DNA of 64,000 nt from Eledone cirrhosa (Eukaryota). Of the stretch, positions 60,791 to 64,000 are shown piece by piece. The translations under genes were made by a program, and so were the position numbers. The first letter of the stretch is position 1. Each line of letters starts with the position of its first letter. The stretch lies in the NCBI GenBank assembly GCA_964016885.1, contig OZ024747.1, positions 23,684,001 to 23,748,000 on the forward strand. Direction: 5' to 3'. Below the pieces are notes generated by a model. That model was not told the DNA's origin, made no database searches, and saw only the letters and a list, made by a program, of their open reading frames with translations.

Positions 60791-63271
60791 GAGCTTCATA
60801 AATTATATTTTTGTTTAGCCCCAGGTCAATTTTGATCCTGCAGACATACATGTCTTTTATTCTGACATAGTGTATCTACAAATACATTATCCAATGCATC
60901 CTTTGTTGGTGTTATTGTTAAACTTGTTTATATTCAGACGTAGTGTAATGAAGAGTACATTATCTAATATGTCCTTCCTCAATTAACTCCAGGTCACCTC
61001 TGATCTAGCACTCCTTTGATCAAAATACCTGATGTAATCAGAAACCCATTTTATACACATGCTGAGTTATTTTGAGCACAGTATTGTATTAACAAATGAG
61101 AATATTGTTGATCATTGTAACATTGAACTATGCTTAGAACAACTGGGTCAAATGACAGTTGTTACTATGATGATGGCAGTAAAATGAAAATATCATGTAT
61201 TATGACTATTTAACTACATTCAACAAAATATCTGTTGAATTATATAAAGTTTGTATATAACAAAAAAAAAGAAAGAAAACTAAGTAGTGAAAGTAAGGGA
61301 AAGGAGTGAGGAAGTGGTAGACTATACACCCCAGTCTATGAGGTATATCTCAGCTGCACCCTGCAGGCAAAATGGAGAAGGCATTGCTGCTGAGGAGAAC
61401 ACACTCTAACACGCTCTGCATCAGCGACTCTACCTGATTGGGTTCCTTCCTCAAACAGGATTCACTCCTCACAATCTTGCAGAGGAAAATGGCAGTTCCA
61501 GGCCCAAGGACACTAGGGTTTAGATGGAAACTAATAGACAAAGGAGGTGATTGATCAAGTCCCAAAATAAATATGGGTGTGTCTGGTAATTGCTCTTTAT
61601 ATTTTTACTTATAAAGTCTAGACTTTTCATTAAAGGCACATGGCCTAATTATTAGGATGCTAGGCTCATGATTATAAGGTCATGGAGTTAGACTGGGGTC
61701 CATACCATTAAAACACTGAAAATACCCACTAGAAGGCCAGTTAAACCTACATATGTGTGAATTATAACTTTCATTTCATTTCACTTTTTTACTTCACAAT
61801 ATATGTCATTCCTATTGGAGAAAAAAAAAAATCCATTAGAAACTGGCAAAATTATAAGAAGTTACATCTAGAAGCAAAGTATACTTTTTATATCAAATTC
61901 ACAAAAATGCCAATACTGACCATTACTAGTTTCTCTCCTCTTGTCTTTTTACTAAACTAGTGTCTGTGTATCTTATAACATTAGCAACATTCTTAATCGT
62001 TGTGTTTTAATAGCTGTCACACAAAATAGTAATAACTACCACCCACTTCCCTACTTTAGTCTGACTATAGTCTTCATACTATTCTGGTATTAATTATATA
62101 GTTTATTAAAATAGAATATCATGAAATTTGATTTTAAAAAAACCTGTATTGTTTAGTATAACAGTAGAGCAAACAATGTTTTATTAAATTCCTAATTTAA
62201 GTGATAAACACCTTTAACAAATAATTAACTTTTTTATATTACAAAAACTATTTCTATGTGAACAATATTATGTAAAAACATTCCTAATGTTTTGTATGAT
62301 ATTTGAATAGAAACCGTTATATAGTTTTCTATAGCTTAGACTTTTAAAACAAACTACTTTAATCTATAACACAGATTACACACAAATTCATACACACACC
62401 CACGTGTGTGCACATACATCACACATGTACACAAACTCAAACACAAACACACACCACATACAAGTTCACACACATACATACACACACTATAAATATCATA
62501 ACAGCACACTTCTATTTTCAGTTAAGTATCAGATCACCCAAAAGTCAGTTAGCATTTAAACCGTCCGTATCTGGCCAGAATTCTCGCACCTCTTTCTGTT
62601 CAAACCAGCCATAACTGGCCGCTCATACTGTCATTAAGGTATTGTTCTCAAAATAAATAACATCAAAATCTTCTAGATTCAATATTATGCGAGATAATTA
62701 TGTGAAGGAAGGCCTTTACCACAAAAATACAATAGTATATATATAGTAATGTAAATGCTAAAGGGTTAAAAATTAATAAATTACTGAATACCATTCAGCT
62801 TGTAGGCTTAGTGACGTGTGATTCTTTATTGTACATTATATAACTGTGTGCACTGGAAATCTGTCAATCCTACTTTCATCATGGATTTGCTTCAAATGAG
62901 GATTGGCCTGAGAAAAAATATCTATTAGATTAACATTTGACATGTGGTACCTCTGTTGGTTCCAACGAGTGTTCCGATTGTTTGAACAATAGAACCTCCT
63001 TCTTGAGAAATTATGTAAGTGGCTGAGCATTCCACAGATATGCATTGTTAATGTAGTTAGTACTCAGGGTAATTCGACATGACACAGTGAGTGACAATGC
63101 TGGGCCTTTAAAATACAAATAACTTATTTTTGACAGCTGAGTGGACTGGAGCAAGGTGAAATAAAGTGTTGTGCTCAGACATCAAACTCACGATCTTACA
63201 ACCAGGAACTGACCACCCTAACCACTAAGCCACTAGTGGTGGTGATAATGATGATGATATATTTGTATATA

Positions 63272-63574
63272 CAGTTATCCCCTGGTATTTGCGGAGGTTA
63301 CGTTCCTAGAGAACCGACGAAGAGTGAAAAACCACGAATATTCTATGTAGTCCATAAAAATGCCTATAAACGTCAAAATATAATGTAAAATATAATAAAA
63401 AAAGAGGGAGCATCTTTTGCGCAGGGGCGTCCATAGGCTGGCAAATACGGTATATTGTTATTAATAATTGACTGTTAAAAATATATATATTGCCAATAAA
63501 AATCTATTAAAAAAATCGTGGAAGATATTTATGATCCTGGGAATAACCAGGACCGAGAATACTGGGATACACTG
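63272..63574. mobile_element. Tigger/pogo-like MITE with TA TSD
   Basis: TA|CAGTTATCCCCTGGTATTTGCGG ... CCGAGAATACTGGGATACACTG|TA imperfect TIRs. Confidence 0.65.
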
Positions 63575-64000
63575 TACTTCATTATCATCATTTTACATTT
63601 GTACACACAGCAACAGAGAACACAAACTATCTTTGTTGTGAGCAATTCATACTTGGCCACCTTCTCCAGCTGAGAAGCCACAGCTGTGCATAGTGTAAGG
63701 AGAGGGTTAAGGTACCATAAAAGCTGTTAGTCTAAGGTTGTCAGGAATAAGAAGTAGTCTTTGACATGTAAACAAAAGTCAGTCTGGGGTGTCTGGGAAT
63801 GTGGGTTTTTTTATGTTGTATGTTAATTTAGCTACCAAGGGAACATACCTTCATAGGCAAATCTGCCTAAGTTGTTAAGATTGGTGAGAGGATCATCAAG
63901 TGAAGTAGCTGTTGTATTCAATAGAGTGTAAAATAGACATCGTGAAAGAATAAAAATAATTTAAATAACATATTAAATAATTAAATAAATAAGTTAAATT

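Overview
AT-rich, intron-rich animal genomic DNA. The repeat content (tRNA-derived SINEs, RTE LINEs with (GAT)n tails, TTAA MITEs) is typical of an octopod cephalopod; the taxon is inferred from repeat families only. Splicing by hand gives five protein genes in alternating orientation: B4GAT1 (+, 1-1092, 5' end outside the window), a CCDC89-like gene (-, 7 coding exons, 337 aa), DDX18/HAS1 (+, 15 coding exons, 632 aa, last intron U12-type), the 59-aa microprotein COPS9/CSN9 (-, 3 exons, absent from the ORF track) and a LAMP-family lysosomal glycoprotein (+, 5 coding exons, 358 aa, with a 24-bp mucin-like coding repeat). COPS9 and LAMP share a short divergent promoter containing a CLEAR-type E-box. 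Both convergent intergenic gaps hold a 5'-truncated Penelope-like element with an inverted pseudo-LTR, which places hammerhead ribozyme motifs on both strands. One element is Naiad-like with canonical minimal hammerheads. The other carries a U3-A8 compensatory core variant. The remainder is SINEs, RTE fragments, MITEs, a mariner remnant and several fold-back hairpins. Repeat coordinates are approximate; exon coordinates were checked for reading frame and splice dinucleotides.
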